A DNA stretch of 64,000 bases from Tubulanus polymorphus (GCF_964204645.1 NC_134034.1:3551814-3615813); one strand, 5' to 3'; numbered from the stretch's first letter, positions 1-14,135 are shown. Notes: generated by a model from the letters alone, not told the origin. Translations and numbers: made by a program.

Positions 1-1004
1 TTGAACAAGCGATTACCAGAGACTATAACTGCGCGGACACCGACGTAGATATATCGCTGTTAGCGGTTTGCGGTTTGGATGAACGGGTAGCAAATTCTGC
101 TTAGCGATTAAAACTCCATAAAACTCGTTTCCACATCCAGAAGCAATCCTCAGAGTTCTATGTGAACTCCCGCACGTTCACGGCTACATTTAATGGCTGC
201 GATACGCTGAAGTTTCGTTAGCAGTCGTGCGGTGACTATAACTTTCGGTATCCAGCGCGGTCCCAAGGCTGCGTGGGTTTACGCGGATATTAAACAGCCT
301 AATCTCGCATCTCTAATTAATCGAAGGTCTTGCGCTAATCTGTTTAAATTCGACAGGGAAATCTTGCATTCGTTTAATGTTTGTAGTTATTGCCGTCGAG
401 TTTGTAAACACTGAACTTGACGTATCCGCTACGTGTATTGAACCAGCTCCATTTCCGAGTACATATACGGATAAATTTGAACTTTTTAAACTTAGAATAG
501 GAATGGTTTCCCCCTTGATCGAATAGTTGACTGATTGATCAGTTGATTTCTACCTAAAACCTGAAACCCAACAAACATGCCGGGAGCGAAAAGTATGTTT
601 GATTTTGAAGTCGGTAATCGCAGTACGGACAGATATATAGTTGGATTTTCGGTGGATTCTACGTGATTTTATGTTAAAATCGATCGTACATTATTGAACA
701 TTTTCAACATCAGTACCGATATTAATTGGTCACTTCGACAATATTGCCCCACCGCAAGAATTACAAGAATTACAGATAGCATGATATGATTTCGTGGGGG
801 ATTTTTGAAGAGGAAACCATCAGTTTCGACAAAGGAGAATTTTCCTTAGAAAATTTTGAAATCGGTTCTCCAATGTCGTCTATTTGATGGCTGTCATGAA
901 GGAATGATATTTCTTTATAAAATGAAAGAAAGAATTCCTAACAATTTTGAGGTCAGCTCAAAAATTTTAGGGGGACTAGCCCACTTGCCCCCTTGGATCC
1001 GATG

Positions 1005-1260
1005 GAGGTCCAATTTAAATAATGGCTTTTCTAGGCACAATTCCCTTCTTTCTAAGTATATTATTTCATGCCTTGCCAAACACTAATTATTCACTCACTC
1101 ACCAATTTACTCAATTAACCTGTCCTCCTTTGTATATATACCCCTGTTTTTAGTCTATATCTCACACATGACGATGATCTCTAGTGTGAGAGCGAAACGT
1201 CGTGTTCTTATATTTTAGATCGTTTCAATAAATAAATTCTCGATTTTAGATTTCTTATAA
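1005..1260 (+). mobile_element. Probable 3' remnant of a Penelope-like retroelement with a degenerate hammerhead ribozyme at 1164-1205
   Basis: ACAC-aTGACGA-t-GaTCTC-tagtgt-GAGAGC-GAAAC-GTC-GTGT has type I minimal hammerhead layout with a C3>A core change. It follows a short ORF end (SNLNNGFSRHNSLLSKYIISCLAKH*) loosely like GIY-YIG C-termini and precedes AATAAA. Confidence 0.5.
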
Positions 1261-2413
1261 TTTTTAAATAGTAGGTTTTTATCTTATCAAAACAAACAGA
1301 TAATGACTGAACAGAGCCAATATGGCAACGACCGAGCTGACTTTTGCGGCCGACGGAGTCCCGATTGAGTCATTCGGGTGAATACGTGTTGGTCACGTGC
1401 CGCAGTAGGCAATACCGGATGCACGTCGAGCAGACGATGCTATTCGCCTCCACATCGCAAGAATGAGAATCATCGATCGTGTTTTTATCACCGGATACTT
1501 TGACAGTCGACTACAACCGCCGCAAAAACGACTGCTTCATATATTAATTAACTCGGAGCTGAATTAATAGCCGTTAAAACCACAGCGGGCTGATATCATA
1601 TGATATCAGCTTAATGTATCAAGAGATCGTAACGCGCGGTCGTTCGGGGAGGAAACGAGCGCGGTTGACGAAAACATTTTTATACCTCGGAAATCCAATT
1701 TTCTAGGTATCAAAGCATTAACATCGGTCGTGAGTTTGAGTCAATGGCTCGAAGATCCAAACCCGACTAAACCGGTGATCTTTAATTGTAGTTTATTAGA
1801 TTTCACCACGAGTGATGGCAATTTGACAGTTTGAATGACTGAAAATGAAACTAAAATAGAAACTTTTCTGATTTTGAGAGTGTTTTGAGTTTCGTATATA
1901 TCGTAGTCGAGCTCTAGAGTATAGAACTATTCTCTAGTATTCGTAGTCGCATCTTTCGCAGCTATCTCTGTTACATCGACAAAGTTATCTTCAACCTTGT
2001 AATAAGTTGTATTTCCAAAATCTCGATGTTTGAGATCAGGCAGCCAACAAAAATCCGCCCCAATCAGTCGCTCTCCGGTTCAAACCGGTTGGAAGATTGT
2101 TTGAATGAAACGGAACCGAATTTCCCAATAGACCGCGAGACACGCGTTCCTCGATCTATTTTCCTCTGAGAATTTTCTATTGGTTGATGACTTAGGCTCT
2201 CCGGTTTTGACGCTATCTGAATAAAGCGCACTAAAATTGCCGTTTTATTTGGCCGTGTTTTTTTTGTTGAATCGTAATTATTTCAGCGACGTAGGAATGC
2301 GCCTTATCCCCCAACATTTTTGACTGATCTAAATCTTTCAAATTCAGAGCTTCGATGCAACAGAAAAATGAATTTGTATCAAAAGATTTGTTTATGTTTG
2401 TATCAACCTTTAT

Positions 2414-2613
2414 GAAAAATTCCGCCGTAAAGTTTCGGCCGTAGATGTAGTGTACCATTTTCCTATCGATTTAAAGTCCAACGCACACGGCACCGAAAAA
2501 ACGTTTAGATGTTTTTTGTCAAGCCGTGTGGGGGGAGGCAAAACAAAAAACATTTTCTGAAAAACGTGTTTTCTGTTTCGGCGCAAATAAATGTTTCGCC
2601 GTGTGCGTTGGTC
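2414..2613. mobile_element. PIF/Harbinger-like MITE
   Basis: TIRs AGTCCAACGCACACGG / CCGTGTGCGTTGGTCT flanked by TAA on both sides. Confidence 0.65.
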
Positions 2614-5074
2614 TTAAGAGTTAAACTTTTTTGTGTAACTGGGCCCTGACTTAGTAACAATCGAGGGTTTCTAAGGAGCTCTATCACGGGAAAATCAACC
2701 ATCGCATTCTACCCTCGAATGGAAATCCCGAAAATAAATTCGCAGACTCTTTTCACTAGTAACACACACGTTCGCTGTAAATAAATCATCATTTGCCCAT
2801 TTAATGACGATGTGACCGGTAGCTACACGTCGACACGAGAGAAACGGGAAGCCTCCGGCAGGGTACCGCGATGATGTTGAAAGCGTTTCTAAAAGGCAAA
2901 TACTACTTTATTCATCGGGTTTCGAAAACGGTAAAATTCTCGTTTATGAATTATGAATTATGAATGGATGTGGCGATGATATGTACATATACGCTCAAGT
3001 AGTGAAAGGCGGGAGACTAGAGCTCAGCTCGCGGGGTCTCCTGAGAATTTCCGTATCTATTGTTCCGCGCAGTTTATTTTCGAGATGATAAGTTCGTAGA
3101 TAGTTTCAAAGATATACAGAGAACTCTTCGCGGACGAGATGACGCTCAGGGCGGGTATCGACCTTAGCTCTTCGAAAAATAATGACGAACTGTAGGCGTA
3201 TTTCGAAGAGGCGCAGCTTCCATTCAAAAAGCAATCGTGAATCGACGAACCGACTTTGAAATTGTGATATATTTTCAGGAAAAAAACCCGACAGGAACCT
3301 TGAAGCAAGGGCTAGGGTAGTAAGGGGGTAGGGATTTTTGGTCTCCCCCACCAATGTTTAGCAGCCTCCTCTGAAATTTGAAAAATAAAAAAGTGCTATC
3401 CCGAATTTGATGCTCAGACCGCCCTAAGTCACCATGAGACTTTGTACTTTCAGCACTCGTGATCCTAGAACCCCTTTAATAGGGCACTTTGCCAATTACC
3501 CCCCCCCCCCATATCTCAAGGCCGCTCCAGTGTCTGGTAAAATTGAAATATAAGAATGTTTGGACAATTTCGAAATGTGTCCATTTTGAAATTAAGGTTT
3601 CTAGATACTACGCGTGGGGTTTTCTGCTTGACATCGTCCATATAGGAACCACGCATTGCGCTGGCGGTTGAATTTAAATTTCAAAATCAACCGCAAATCG
3701 CGTCTCCGCTAGCAAAACCTGTAAAATGATTTTTATATCAGCAACAAATCGTTTTTATGGGGAAAGATAAATTTTTTTGCGTCGCCAAATCAGGCCTTAT
3801 AACCTTAACGGTTTAAACGCCGCAGACGTTTCCCGGATAACGATTTGGGCCACCGTTTTTTCTTCAAATCGGTATCAATTTATACACGTTACTTCCCACA
3901 CAAGTCAGGTATCATCTATAAACTGAAATATTGATATAATTTCCCGTATTTTCTCGCCGGCCGCGAAGCTCCGGCGGGATATGGATAATAAATCGTTATA
4001 CGCATTTTACTTGCGCAGTTGTTTTTAACGACGATCAAAAAACGTGAGTTGGGTAGTTTTTTTTTCTATCCATGCCGGGAGTTCCGAGGGCGAGCGCGGT
4101 TTTTTACGAGTTTTTACGAGATTCCTGGAAACATGGAGTTTGATCTGTGGCCTACGCGTTGTCAGTTAGTCACACACAGCGCGAGGCCCGTGCCGCGGGG
4201 TTGAGCCGGTAGCGGGGGTGGATGGGTTACGTACATCCGTCGATAAAGTTCGCACATTCTCTCCGTATAAAACACGAAGTTGTTATTTCGCTCAGAACGC
4301 ACCGTTCCTGAAGTCGGTTTACGAGAACGACATTTCCAGCCTCGTCATCCAGGATCCATCAAATTTATCCATAGGGGATTTAAGGGGGCAGCCATCTTCT
4401 TGAAAAGTTCCATTAGATAAAATCAGTTATAGGCAATTCGAACTCGATGATGTCATAGGGGGATTGGGAGGCGGAAATCTTTAGGAACGGTCTATCGTCC
4501 GAGGTAGCTTTGATCGTAATATACGTGAATCCTTTTCGTAAATGCTGCAGTCTGACCCGAGTAGGAACCCGAGGGGTGCAAGCAGTCGGCTTTTCTTCTA
4601 GCAGCACTTGTAGATCAAATTTCAGTAGATTGATGATGATATAAGATGTTGCCGGAGGTTGTTACCAGTTTCTGGAGGGGCGCTCTCCGAGATAAAATCC
4701 CTGTTTATCGGTTTACGGACGCGGGCGGCCATCTTTTCACAAAGACGATGCCATTTAAGGGTGTTTTATATCGGCGGCCGCCTGCTGTTTAAATTGGTCT
4801 GGTTGGAATTTTTTCGCGATCGGACAAAATTGCCGACGCGTTCAGTCAGTCACGTAGCGGTCGGACACTCCGCCGGCCGGGTGACCACGAAATCTACTCA
4901 ACGCGACTATAGTAAGAGGTAGAGTATGTTTACTGTGTGGTCGCGTCGAGTAAACACGCTTCTAATACAACCGCCGCCGGTTTCATAAGATATAGCAAAA
5001 TTCCACGGATAATCATGTGTCCGCGATCTTACAGCGCGCGTGCCGCTCCGTGGTCTGATACCGTGTTGATTGAA

Positions 5075-5900
5075 GTCAGCGTGCTAGGTGTTAATTGGGT
5101 GTCAGCAATTAAATTCTGGATGTCTATCATGACGAATAATCCTAATAGTTTAGTCTATCAGAGTCTCCTTGATATGTATAGGGACGACAGCAATAATAAC
5201 TGTAATTTTATAACGGGCATTAAGACTCTACTCACTCATTTGAACTTTAATAACCTGCTGGAAAATCTAGGTGCCTGTAGCAATCCTGACTTCATTTTTT
5301 ATAGCATCAAATCCAAACTACAAGAAAATTTCGTCTATTTTTGGAGGGAACAAGCTGCAAGTCATAACAAATTATCTTTTTACAATACGATTAAACAGTC
5401 CTACCAACTAGAAAACTACTTATTGGTTGTAAAGAATTTTAATATTAGGAGTGCAATTGCCAAACTACGTACCTCATCCCATCGACTGATGATAGAAAAA
5501 GGCAGACACCTGGGATTGAGTAGAGAAAACAGACTTTGTGATATATGTAACTGTGTGGAAGACGAGCAGCACTTCATCTTATCGTGTAGCAAATTCGACT
5601 GTCTCAGGACGAAATTTGATTTGGAAATTGGTGATGTAAATGATATAAATAGAATTTTTAATGATATAGGTAGTCAATCGGAATTGGTAAATTTGGGAAA
5701 GTGTATCCAATCGGGATTTGAATATTATGTTTAATTTTATGCTTGACTTATATTGTACAGTACGCTTTGTCCTATGCACTCTTTCCTGTAAATATTTTTG
5801 TAATCCTAATATTGTATATATGTATTATATTGTTTTCTTCTAATCCGCTGTTCATTGACGATCATGTCATGTGATTATAATGAATAAACAAACTTGAAAC
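5075..5900 (+). mobile_element. 5'-truncated non-LTR retrotransposon (LINE) ORF2 C-terminus and 3' UTR
   Basis: ORF 4937-5734 contains IKFW...SAIAKLRTSSHRLMIEKGRH...RLCDICNCVEDEQHFILSC, the typical post-RT C-terminal Cys/His motif. The AT-rich tail ends AATAAACAAACTTGAAAC. The 5' boundary is approximate. Confidence 0.85.
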
Positions 5901-6132
5901 TCGTACCGACAGACGATATTCAGCTCGGAGATTCTAAAAATGAAAACGTCACCCTCGAGTCACCCACAGCGCTGCGCGTTAGGCCGATTTCCCAAACCGT
6001 AAGCAATTACTTTCTCTGAAACAGATCCACTGGAAAAGCATTCTTACGTACGTATCTATCGTAGCAAGTTTTTGTTTTTATTGATTTATTTAAGAGAAAA
6101 AGTTTTTTCTTTCGATTTTGATGTAGAACCAC

Positions 6133-6424
6133 CCTCCCTCGGCAGGGATTCGAACCCGATGGCATCGCTACACTCAGCCACGGCACGAACCCTGCCACAC
6201 TAGACCAGGTGCGCAGTTACATGCGCAGCTTTGCCGCGAAAAAACTTCCGGAAAATCAGATTGCTTGTTGTATAATCGCTGAGGTAATTTCCACGGAAGA
6301 ACTATAAATGGGAAAACCGGGGCTAAAATAAAACGGGATATCTGATTGGCTGATAATGACATCATCTAAGCTGCGTACCGTGGCAATCTCGATGCCATCG
6401 GGTTCGAATCCCTGCCGGGGGAGG
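6133..6424. mobile_element. MITE with 35-bp TIRs containing a tRNA B-box-like GGTTCGAATCC; relatives at ~25160-25270 and ~62244-62544
   Basis: CCTCCCTCGGCAGGGATTCGAACCCGATGGCATCG (6133-6167) and its reverse complement with 1 mismatch (6390-6424). Internal sequence is shared in inverted orientation with the 62.2-62.5 kb copy. Confidence 0.75.
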
Positions 6425-7292
6425 CCGATGTAGTACAAACTTAGCGCGTAAGACCGAATACCCACACTACCATCGAAACCTTGTGGACCCTCACTTGCAA
6501 CAAGTGGACTGTTTATTACTAGCACGGTAGAGAAGAAGTCCTTCGTCGAAACGCAGAAAACAACGAACGGAGTGCATTTCGGTGCAGGGTCTGAAAACAA
6601 GTTTTTCGTAGCATGGTGCGGACGATTTTCGTATCTTAGCTGGTTCCCCTCGACGATACGGAACTGTTTTTTATTTCAAGATTTGATATATCCCCATTTC
6701 ACTGTGCATGGACGCACGCGCGTGTAGCAGCAGATATGCAAATAAATGTATTGAATTGAATTGAATTGAAGGCCCCAGAAGTCAATATTTAAAAGACCGG
6801 CTTCCCTGCGCCACTCCCATTTAATCAAATCATAGTTCCGATTTTACAATTGATTTTTTTAATCACTTATCTATACTTAATCTAACACGAACGGTCGCTG
6901 AACGGATCGCCTATTAATTACATCGATATCAAACGCCCGCAGCGCGTCCGATGAGTGAATCCTTTTGTCACAATGAATCGAATGATTTTTGCAATTATCT
7001 CTAATCGACTCGTTATTGTTCTTCTAAGTCAACATATTTTCCCTTTGCGTAAATGACCAAAAAAATATCCGAAGCGCGCGGAAAACTGAATGATAATGGT
7101 CCGTACACGTTAATGAAACTAAATCCGAGAGGGAGAGAACGATAGTTCGACTATGGTTAATGAAATCATGATCATAATGATAAATATGTTAATAAATCCG
7201 GTGAAAATGCTAGTTATAATGATGATTAAATGCTACGAGTTGGGTTTAGGAAAAAATGAGGAAAAAATGTAATAGATTTACGTAGTCTAGTG

Positions 7293-7898
7293 GGTGAACG
7301 GAAAAGTGGCCGAGGAAAAAACGGCCAAGGAAAAGTGGCCGAGGAAAAAATGGCCAAGGTATTTGCCTAGGAAAAAATGGCCAAGGAAAATGGCCGTTGA
7401 AGAAAAGACCAAGGAAGATAAGATAGAAAACTAACTATCATTTCATTTACTACCACGAAACGAAGTTAGTTTGCTATATAAATTACCACACAATGTCAAT
7501 GCATTTACCTCTGATGATTTAAGACTGTCGGTGTCCTAATAGCTTACTTTGGTGGTTTGAAATATGAATTCAGTTAATATATTAATAACCACTATTAAGT
7601 TTATTCTTTCACCACTTGTGACACTTCACCACGTGTCTATTCTTGAGATATTCATTGTATGTATTTCATTGTTTCAACTATATAGCATGCGTCGTGAAAA
7701 ATAAGTAAAAAAATGAACGAATGAAAAGTGAAATGAAATTATATGTGAGCGTTATATCGATTTTAACTGTTTTAAGCCCCATAAAAAATAAATGATGTCA
7801 TTAAACTATAATAAGCTTGTTGTTTTTATTAACATTGTCAGTGTTTGGTTTCGGCTCTCATTCTCATAGAATTTCCTTGGCCATTTTTTCCCACAATC
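7293..7898. mobile_element. Non-autonomous Mutator-like (MULE) element
   Basis: Near-identical 9-bp flanks AGTCTAGTG / AGTCTAGGG. Tandem subterminal GGAAAAAATGGCCAA repeats on the left are inverted on the right. Confidence 0.6.
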
Positions 7899-8097
7899 AG
7901 TCTAGGGTGTTATTCAGAAAACGTGATTCAGGACACCTGTTAATTAACGTTGTTGTTTGAATGTACGTAGTTCGTATCTTCGGAGATGTTAACAGAGCGG
8001 TTGGAGATTCCTGTAGAAACCGGACTAAATATGGTAGGGAGAGATCACGTGGTTAAAACTTGGTATAGAAGAGAGTAGTTAAGTAAGGGATAATAGT

Positions 8098-8486
<389 letters not shown>

Positions 8487-8494
8487 TTCGGCAG

Positions 8495-8540
8495 TGACGC
8501 GTCATTTATATCCGAGCGGCGACCAGCTATAGTTAAGTGC
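8495..8540 (+). promoter_or_regulatory. Candidate core promoter of the bursicon-alpha gene
   Basis: Palindrome TGACGCGTCA (two CRE half-sites) at 8495-8504, TTTATAT at 8505-8511 and Inr-like TAGTT about 25 bp downstream, directly after the GA tract. Confidence 0.4.
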
Positions 8541-8650
8541 GTATGTAAGCATTGTTAATGCGGATGAATTCTGTGGGTGGTTAAGTTATTTCAGCGGTGC
8601 TTCGTACGTACAACACGCGTGTCTGTCATCATCGCCGCCATCGTCCTAAT

Positions 8651-8706
8651 ATGGATTTGTTCTTAGCACCAGCGACACTCAGGGATGTGATACAGACAAC
8701 TTACAG
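8651..8706 (+). CDS. Putative first coding exon of the bursicon-alpha gene (MDLFLAPATLRDVIQTTY-R)
   Basis: Strong-context aatATGg at 8651 and donor CAG|GTAAAC at 8706/8707. A phase-2 join to the acceptor at 19325/19326 is in frame with the bursicon ORF. Confidence 0.4.
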
Positions 8707-9006
8707 GTAAACACATTCATTTCTCACGGCGGCTGTTTTTCTTTTTGAATGTTTTCTTAACCTTTCGAAACTTATATGCAGTATACGTAACTTATCACGC
8801 GTTTTGTTTTACCATTCTAGTTTTTCTAACCCGCTTCAAACCTTTGACTTATACCGATATTGTATTATCTTTCAGTCTTTTCAAAACTAAACCCAGCTTT
8901 ATGCATAGGGGGTATAATTAAGAAATGTTTTAATAGACGTTGGGGCTTCACCGAATTGAGAATCAGGGATCTCGATAGCGTCGGGACTGTAAAAGATTTC
9001 ACAGTT

Positions 9007-9283
9007 TGCCATCCCAAAATAATGGCCTGTTTGCCGTAACCCGACCGACCCGACTTCAAAGGTACCGAGTGAAAACTTTTTCGAAATAAGTTTAACTTTT
9101 GACATTGTTTCCAAATAAAAAAAGGTGACAAATTTTGTTTTTTTGCCCTAAAAGTTTGCAAAAAAATACTTCTACCTACCTACCGACTCATCCTGTAAAC
9201 TTGAGTCGGTGTTACGGCCAACCATGGACGTATAAACAAGTTTGCACGTCCATGGGCAAGCAGACAATTATTTTGGGATGGCC
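9007..9283. mobile_element. Harbinger-like MITE with a small palindromic insert (9222-9255)
   Basis: TIR GCCATCCCAAAATAAT / ATTATTTTGGGATGGC; internal CCATGGACGT...ACGTCCATGG. Confidence 0.6.
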
Positions 9284-9848
9284 TAAGGATAGAAAAAAGG
9301 CTCGGCCAGTTTTGACCGGTCCCAAGTCACGAGTTCAGGGTACACTTCAGTATTTCCCACGCTACTTTCCCGTTTTTTTTTGTCGATAAAATCGAGGAGA
9401 GAATCTAGTCCACTTTCGACGCGGAATTCTCTCCAGAGAGAGAGTGCGCTTTCGGAAAATAGAAAATAGATGATTAAATCAAATTTTAGAAATGTTTATT
9501 CCGAAAATAGCCGTGTAAGAATGAAGCCGTAAAAAGAAGGCGCGATGCGTCGCAAAGAATGAACAGTCTATGGGAAGAATATCGTCTGAACGCATCTGAC
9601 TGATTCTTCATCGAATAGTGTTCTCCTTCGACGTCGAATGAAGCCCGTAAAGTTTTCAGACATTCGTTTTCTATAAATGATTTTAATCAGTTATAATTTT
9701 ATTTTTCATTTAACTTACACTTTCACGAAGTATGACAATACAGAAAAAAAAGAAGTAATGTTAAATGAAGGTAACAGTCAGAGCCTTAGGGGCTGTACAG
9801 GTCACTGCACCTAGGTTCCTAGAGTGCAAGGTAGCGAGTGCAGAGAAT

Positions 9849-9889
9849 TGATAATAGTAATAACAATAATAATAATGATAATAATAATG

Positions 9890-9920
<31 letters not shown>

Positions 9921-10012
9921 TAGTAATGATAATGATAATGACGATGACAATGGCAATGATAATGATAATAATATATCTCCCTCTCCCTCTTCCTCTCCCT
10001 CTCCCTCTCCCT
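9849..10012. repeat. (AAT/GAT)n microsatellite followed by (CCTCTC)n
   Basis: Directly visible. Confidence 0.95.
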
Positions 10013-11387
10013 CTAGGGGATAGGGAGAGATTTATGGAGGCCGCCATCTTTTTGAAACGTTCCATTAAATAAAATCCGTCATGGGCAATTCGATGATGTC
10101 ATAGGGGGATTTATGGAGGCAGCCATCTTTTTGAAATGGTTCATAGATATAATGATTCACAGATAGAGAACACAGAAAAACTGTTATTAAAAATACAAAC
10201 TCGGGTCTGATAGGAAACATGATTAAACACAAAATTTTTACACCCGAAGAGTCCAGGGGCAGATCTAGGGGGATGTCAGGGTGTCTGAACCCCCCCCCCC
10301 CCTCCCTTAAAGAGCCCTCAAAAATTTCACCCCAAATTTTTTGGACCATTTTTTCAACGCATGAAATGACCGAAAGCACCCCCTAAAATGGTGTAGAACT
10401 ATCAGGTCCGCCCCGGTAAAACAGCGAGATGGTGGAACAAGAGTATGGGAAAAGGATATAAGTTTTACAAACGAAGGTTCACTTTCTGATAGTAACGGTT
10501 CGATGGCCCTGAGAAGAAACTTTCACCGTTTAAATATTTCAATAAGAAGAAATCCTAACTTATCACGGTGATTCAACTATAGCTTTTAGCTAGTCGACTT
10601 AGTTAACGAAATTAATAATTAAAGTATTTCGTTTCGGGTTCGAGATTCGTATCGGGTTCGTGGGCGAGCCGTCTGCGGTGGTTTAGAGTTTCTGCATTGT
10701 AAGTAACGACTCGAGATTTCGACGCGTCCGTGTATATTGTTCATGAATTATTTATTTCCTTATTGTGTCGCCGACCGATGCGCGAAGTATCGCATTTTTG
10801 CGACTGCACGAAAAGATCGCTCGATTATATGTGTAGTCTATGGCCATAGGGCGTCAGCAGGGGCGGATCCAAAGGGATGGTGCATGGGGGGCGCACCCCT
10901 TCTTAAGAAAGTCAAGTTCCCCTGAAATTATACAGAAATTAGAAAAATAAGGAACCGATAGCAAAACGTTTTAATTCATAATCTTTTTCTCTTGTATTTC
11001 CGAAAATGAGTTTTTCGATGAGTTTTTTCTTCGGGGTGCCCTATTTTGGGGGCGCGACCCGACCTGAATTCGGCCTGAGAAGTTAGTGAGATACGTAGTA
11101 TTCGGAGAAAAAGACTTGAATCTGAACCGAATGATATTGTAACTAGCGCAGTATGCCGTGAAGGCTGACTGTTTGATGGTGTCTGGTAATCAGTGCACAG
11201 GTTGCCTATGGTCAGGAAAGGTTTCTTCGATTGAGTTATAATTTACCTATTACGTAATGATAATCAAGACAATATTCAGGTTCCGGCGCACGTTATGAAG
11301 CAGCACGCCCATTCGAAACCATGCTTCAGTCGAATCGTGTGTACACTCAAAGGTGCCAACAGGGAGGGGCCCTTATGAACCCCCTAA

Positions 11388-11822
11388 GGCGCGTTCACAC
11401 GACGAAATTTAAACCGATCTTAATTGTGCCCGGTCCAATTTAGACCGGACCGAGCGTTCACACGGGCAAAAATACCGTTACAAATTAGACCGGTCTAGTG
11501 TAGACCGGTCTAACTAACGACACTTAGAGTTTCAGCGTGATGGAATAAAATCGAATTCGCAAAAATGTCTAAACCTGAAAGAGGATCGAATTGGTCAAAA
11601 TGAAGAATGTCTTGCTCTACTTGGAATCTGGAAGCAAGACTTCATCCAGGCCCATATTTAGCAGATGGTGACATTTTGTGGGCCCGGTGAATAGCGATTT
11701 TATCAACGCACATCAAAACGCCGTGTGTGAACGCTCACCAAAATTTGGTCCGCTCTAAATTTGGACCGGACCAGGTACGGACCCATTCAGACCGGTCGAA
11801 CTAGCTGTCGTGTTAACGCGGC
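11388..11822. mobile_element. Harbinger-like MITE
   Basis: TIR GGCGCGTTCACACGAC / GTCGTGTTAACGCGGC with TAA left flank and subterminal AGACCGGTC repeats. Confidence 0.6.
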
Positions 11823-12970
11823 TTTTTCCAGGCGCTATGTTTTTGGGTGCTCGCTGGGTCCGTATATTGTTGAATTTTTTCTTTTCCATATTTTTCTAAT
11901 TTGATTTCTTAATTTCGCGTTCATATCTCTGGGGATTGGATGTAGAAACAAAGCGAAAACATCGATATATTCGGCTAAGAAATTGTCTTTTTCACGATGT
12001 CATTTATTTACTGCAACAATGCGGTGATGATAATATAAATGCCTTTTTCGCGATGATAATTCAACTTGAATAATAGTTCATCTCATTCAATAGGTCATTT
12101 CTCATAGATTTTTTCTGACAGTCTGATGTCAGCGAAATATCTACGTTTTTGCGTTTTGAAATCGCTTTAGCTACTGCTCGAGAAATACGTTTAACGATTT
12201 CAAAATGTCGACTGCCCATATTCGACTGGCGTCGTAATAGCAGCCGACATCCCCGCAGAAATTCCTGGCGACGCCCATGGCACTAGCATGTATCGAATTG
12301 GTTTTTTGCGCCACGGCACTGGACAAATTGGATAAGTTTAACATTCTAGTCTTGGCCAACATCACCAACTGGTGGGCTGACCGAATAAAAAATCACTGAA
12401 ACGATGTCTAGAGTTCCCAGAAAATCAATACTATTTCAGATCTCTCTCAAACGAACTATGAATATTTAATAATATACAGAATTTTATGAATCTTCATCTT
12501 GCAATTGTACAGTAAATGCAATTGTACCATTCGTTATAACCGTTCGTTATTTCCAGTGTTCAGGCGCGGATCCAGGATTTTTTTTCAGGCGCGGATCCAG
12601 GATTTTTTCCAGTAGGGGGATTCATAAAAAATGCCGACTAAAATCTCTGATAGGGGGCCTATACGGCATTTTGTTTGGCCAAACGTAAGATGATATGGTA
12701 CCGATTATGTAGTACTGTCTGCCCGCTTGTCTTGAGTACATTCTTCAAGAAAACGATTAAAATCTTTTTCTTTTGGTAGCTGAGCAGGGGGTTCATGACC
12801 CCTGAACCCGACCTCCCCTCTGGATCCGCGACTGGTACTAAATAGATAAAATTTTCTTTCTTGGGACAAAGTTCTATATTTGTTATATCCAATGAATCGT
12901 TTAATCCGAGTTCGCCGTAACGAGGTTCGACAGTACAGGAAGACAAGGCTGTTTGTAACTCTGGCGAACC

Positions 12971-13086
<116 letters not shown>

Positions 13087-13437
13087 TATATTAATTATAG
13101 TGCAAGTTGCTGTCTTTGTATGCGAATGCGAATTAAAAGTATTAGAAACACGCCCTGCCAACATATTAGTGAACTGTTAACTGTAATTCCAATGATGCTC
13201 TATCTTAACATCACGTTCAATCTTCTACTTGCAAATCGACAACGAAAGCTTCGCCTAGTGTTCGATAATTCATTCATAAAGGGTGCGCGCGATACGGTGT
13301 TTGTCGCCTCGAGGAAACTTTTACCGAGTCGGCCGGCTTGACCCGCGCGTGAATGTTGACTGTTGAATCGATAACGACATAGGGGGCAACACTGTAGTTC
13401 ATAGGTCCAGCGCGCGTCAGATATAAGTTCTGAAATA

Positions 13438-13912
13438 CAGTCAAAGCTCGTTATATACCGCTATCCGTAATACTGGCCAAATTCAATAATTTCCTTGTGC
13501 GCGGTTTATTTGGTATCTATATGTAAATAGCTGGTCGTTATACCACCTTTCACCCTACGCCATAACGCCGACGAAATCCTACAACAGTCCTATTCAAACT
13601 CATAGAAAAAGAAAACATTCGTAATACCGCCAACGATCTTTCGTCAACCACGTCTCCAGTCGTTTGGTTCAGAATCGATACATGTGGTTAGCAGCATCAC
13701 ACATTTACTGTACTATTTCTTCTATTATCTAAATGAAATCAGCTAAGAACTTTCACCCTTTCCTAAATTAACAACAACTAATGTCACCTAATGTCTAATT
13801 CTGGTCAATAGTCACGTCTCGTGTACTATGCCAACTCCCATACCGCCACATTCGTTATATACCGCCAAAATTGTGACGGTCCCAGAGCTGGCGTTGTAAC
13901 GAGCTTTGACTG
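13438..13912. mobile_element. Tc1/mariner-like MITE
   Basis: TA|CAGTCAAAGCTCGTTA ... TAACGAGCTTTGACTG|TG. Confidence 0.7.
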
Positions 13913-13936
13913 TGTATTCAGAAGTGGCTTGCGTTA

Positions 13937-14135
13937 GGCTAAACAAAATGATACCTTGTTTCTCCACAGCGGCCGGGTCATTTTTGTAAAACGCGATAGA
14001 ATGTTTAATCAGTTCATTTCTATAGCTGCCGGGCCCGTTACGGCAAAATTGATCACGATTTAGAAAAAAAAGTATACATGGTAGATAGGCGGCCGAGCTC
14101 AGCTGAAACGAGAAACAAGGCATCAATTTTTAGCC
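13937..14135. mobile_element. PIF/Harbinger-like MITE family (other copies at 24772-24991, 58904-59079; partial ~23026-23075)
   Basis: TIR GGCTAAA..TGATACCTTGTTTCTC; TSD TTA/TTA here and TAA/TAA at 24772; shared internal CGGCCGGGTCA. Confidence 0.8.

Noticed and set aside
3057-3354. Overlapping ~80-aa ORFs with protein-like composition
   Set aside because: No recognisable domain or splice frame, and multiple stops in the most protein-like frame
6390-6424. tRNA gene suggested by GGGTTCGAATCCC (also 25140, 29346)
   Set aside because: No A box or cloverleaf; part of a TIR or an isolated motif
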